DNA from: Octopus bimaculoides
Lineage: Eukaryota
Length of the DNA stretch: 33,006 nucleotides
Direction: 5' to 3'
Assembly: GCF_001194135.2 (NCBI RefSeq)
Contig: NC_068990.1
Coordinates: forward strand, 21,547,909 to 21,580,914
The position numbers and the translations under genes were made by a program. Below the pieces are notes generated by a model. The model saw nothing but the letters and a program-made list of their open reading frames with translations, was not told the origin of the DNA and did no database searches. This document shows, piece by piece, positions 33,003 to 33,006 of this stretch (the stretch's first letter is position 1; each line of letters opens with the position of its first letter).

Positions 33003-33006
33003 TCTA
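32889..33006. repeat. (TATC)n/(TGTC)n compound tetranucleotide microsatellite
   Basis: Direct reading; runs to the window end. Confidence 0.99.

Noticed and set aside
437-33006. Dozens of long ORFs rich in YI, HT, CV or X
   Set aside because: They are translations of (TA)n, (CA)n and (TG)n microsatellites and N-gaps, which lack stop codons.

Overview
AT-rich, microsatellite-dense animal genomic DNA from a fragmented assembly (18 N-gaps, about 7.2 kb or 22% of the window). The SINE families, the repeat landscape and the Sox sequence point to an octopus or related coleoid cephalopod; this is inferred from recall and not database-checked. There is one confident protein-coding gene, an intronless-CDS SoxB2 (Sox14/Sox21-like) HMG-box transcription factor on the minus strand (ATG 9220 to TAG 8516, 234 aa). 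The ORF track starts it at a GTG at 9331. All other long ORFs are microsatellite or gap artefacts. The rest is regulatory-looking sequence, tRNA-derived SINEs, two MITEs, a 235-bp tandem duplication and a possible coding exon of an unidentified plus-strand gene near the right end. The most notable observations are: (1) a minimal type I hammerhead-ribozyme-like motif at 1834-1870 inside a 140-bp element sitting in (TA)n, with related fragments elsewhere, one carrying both hammerhead core boxes in permuted order; (2) a SoxB2 5' region with TATA plus Inr, a predicted 91-nt 5'UTR intron that removes the only uORF, an open 37-codon in-frame extension from near-cognate starts in optimal Kozak context, and a second upstream TATA promoter with an ATG-free leader and Sox sites; (3) SINEs that carry a (TA)n microsatellite at a fixed internal position.
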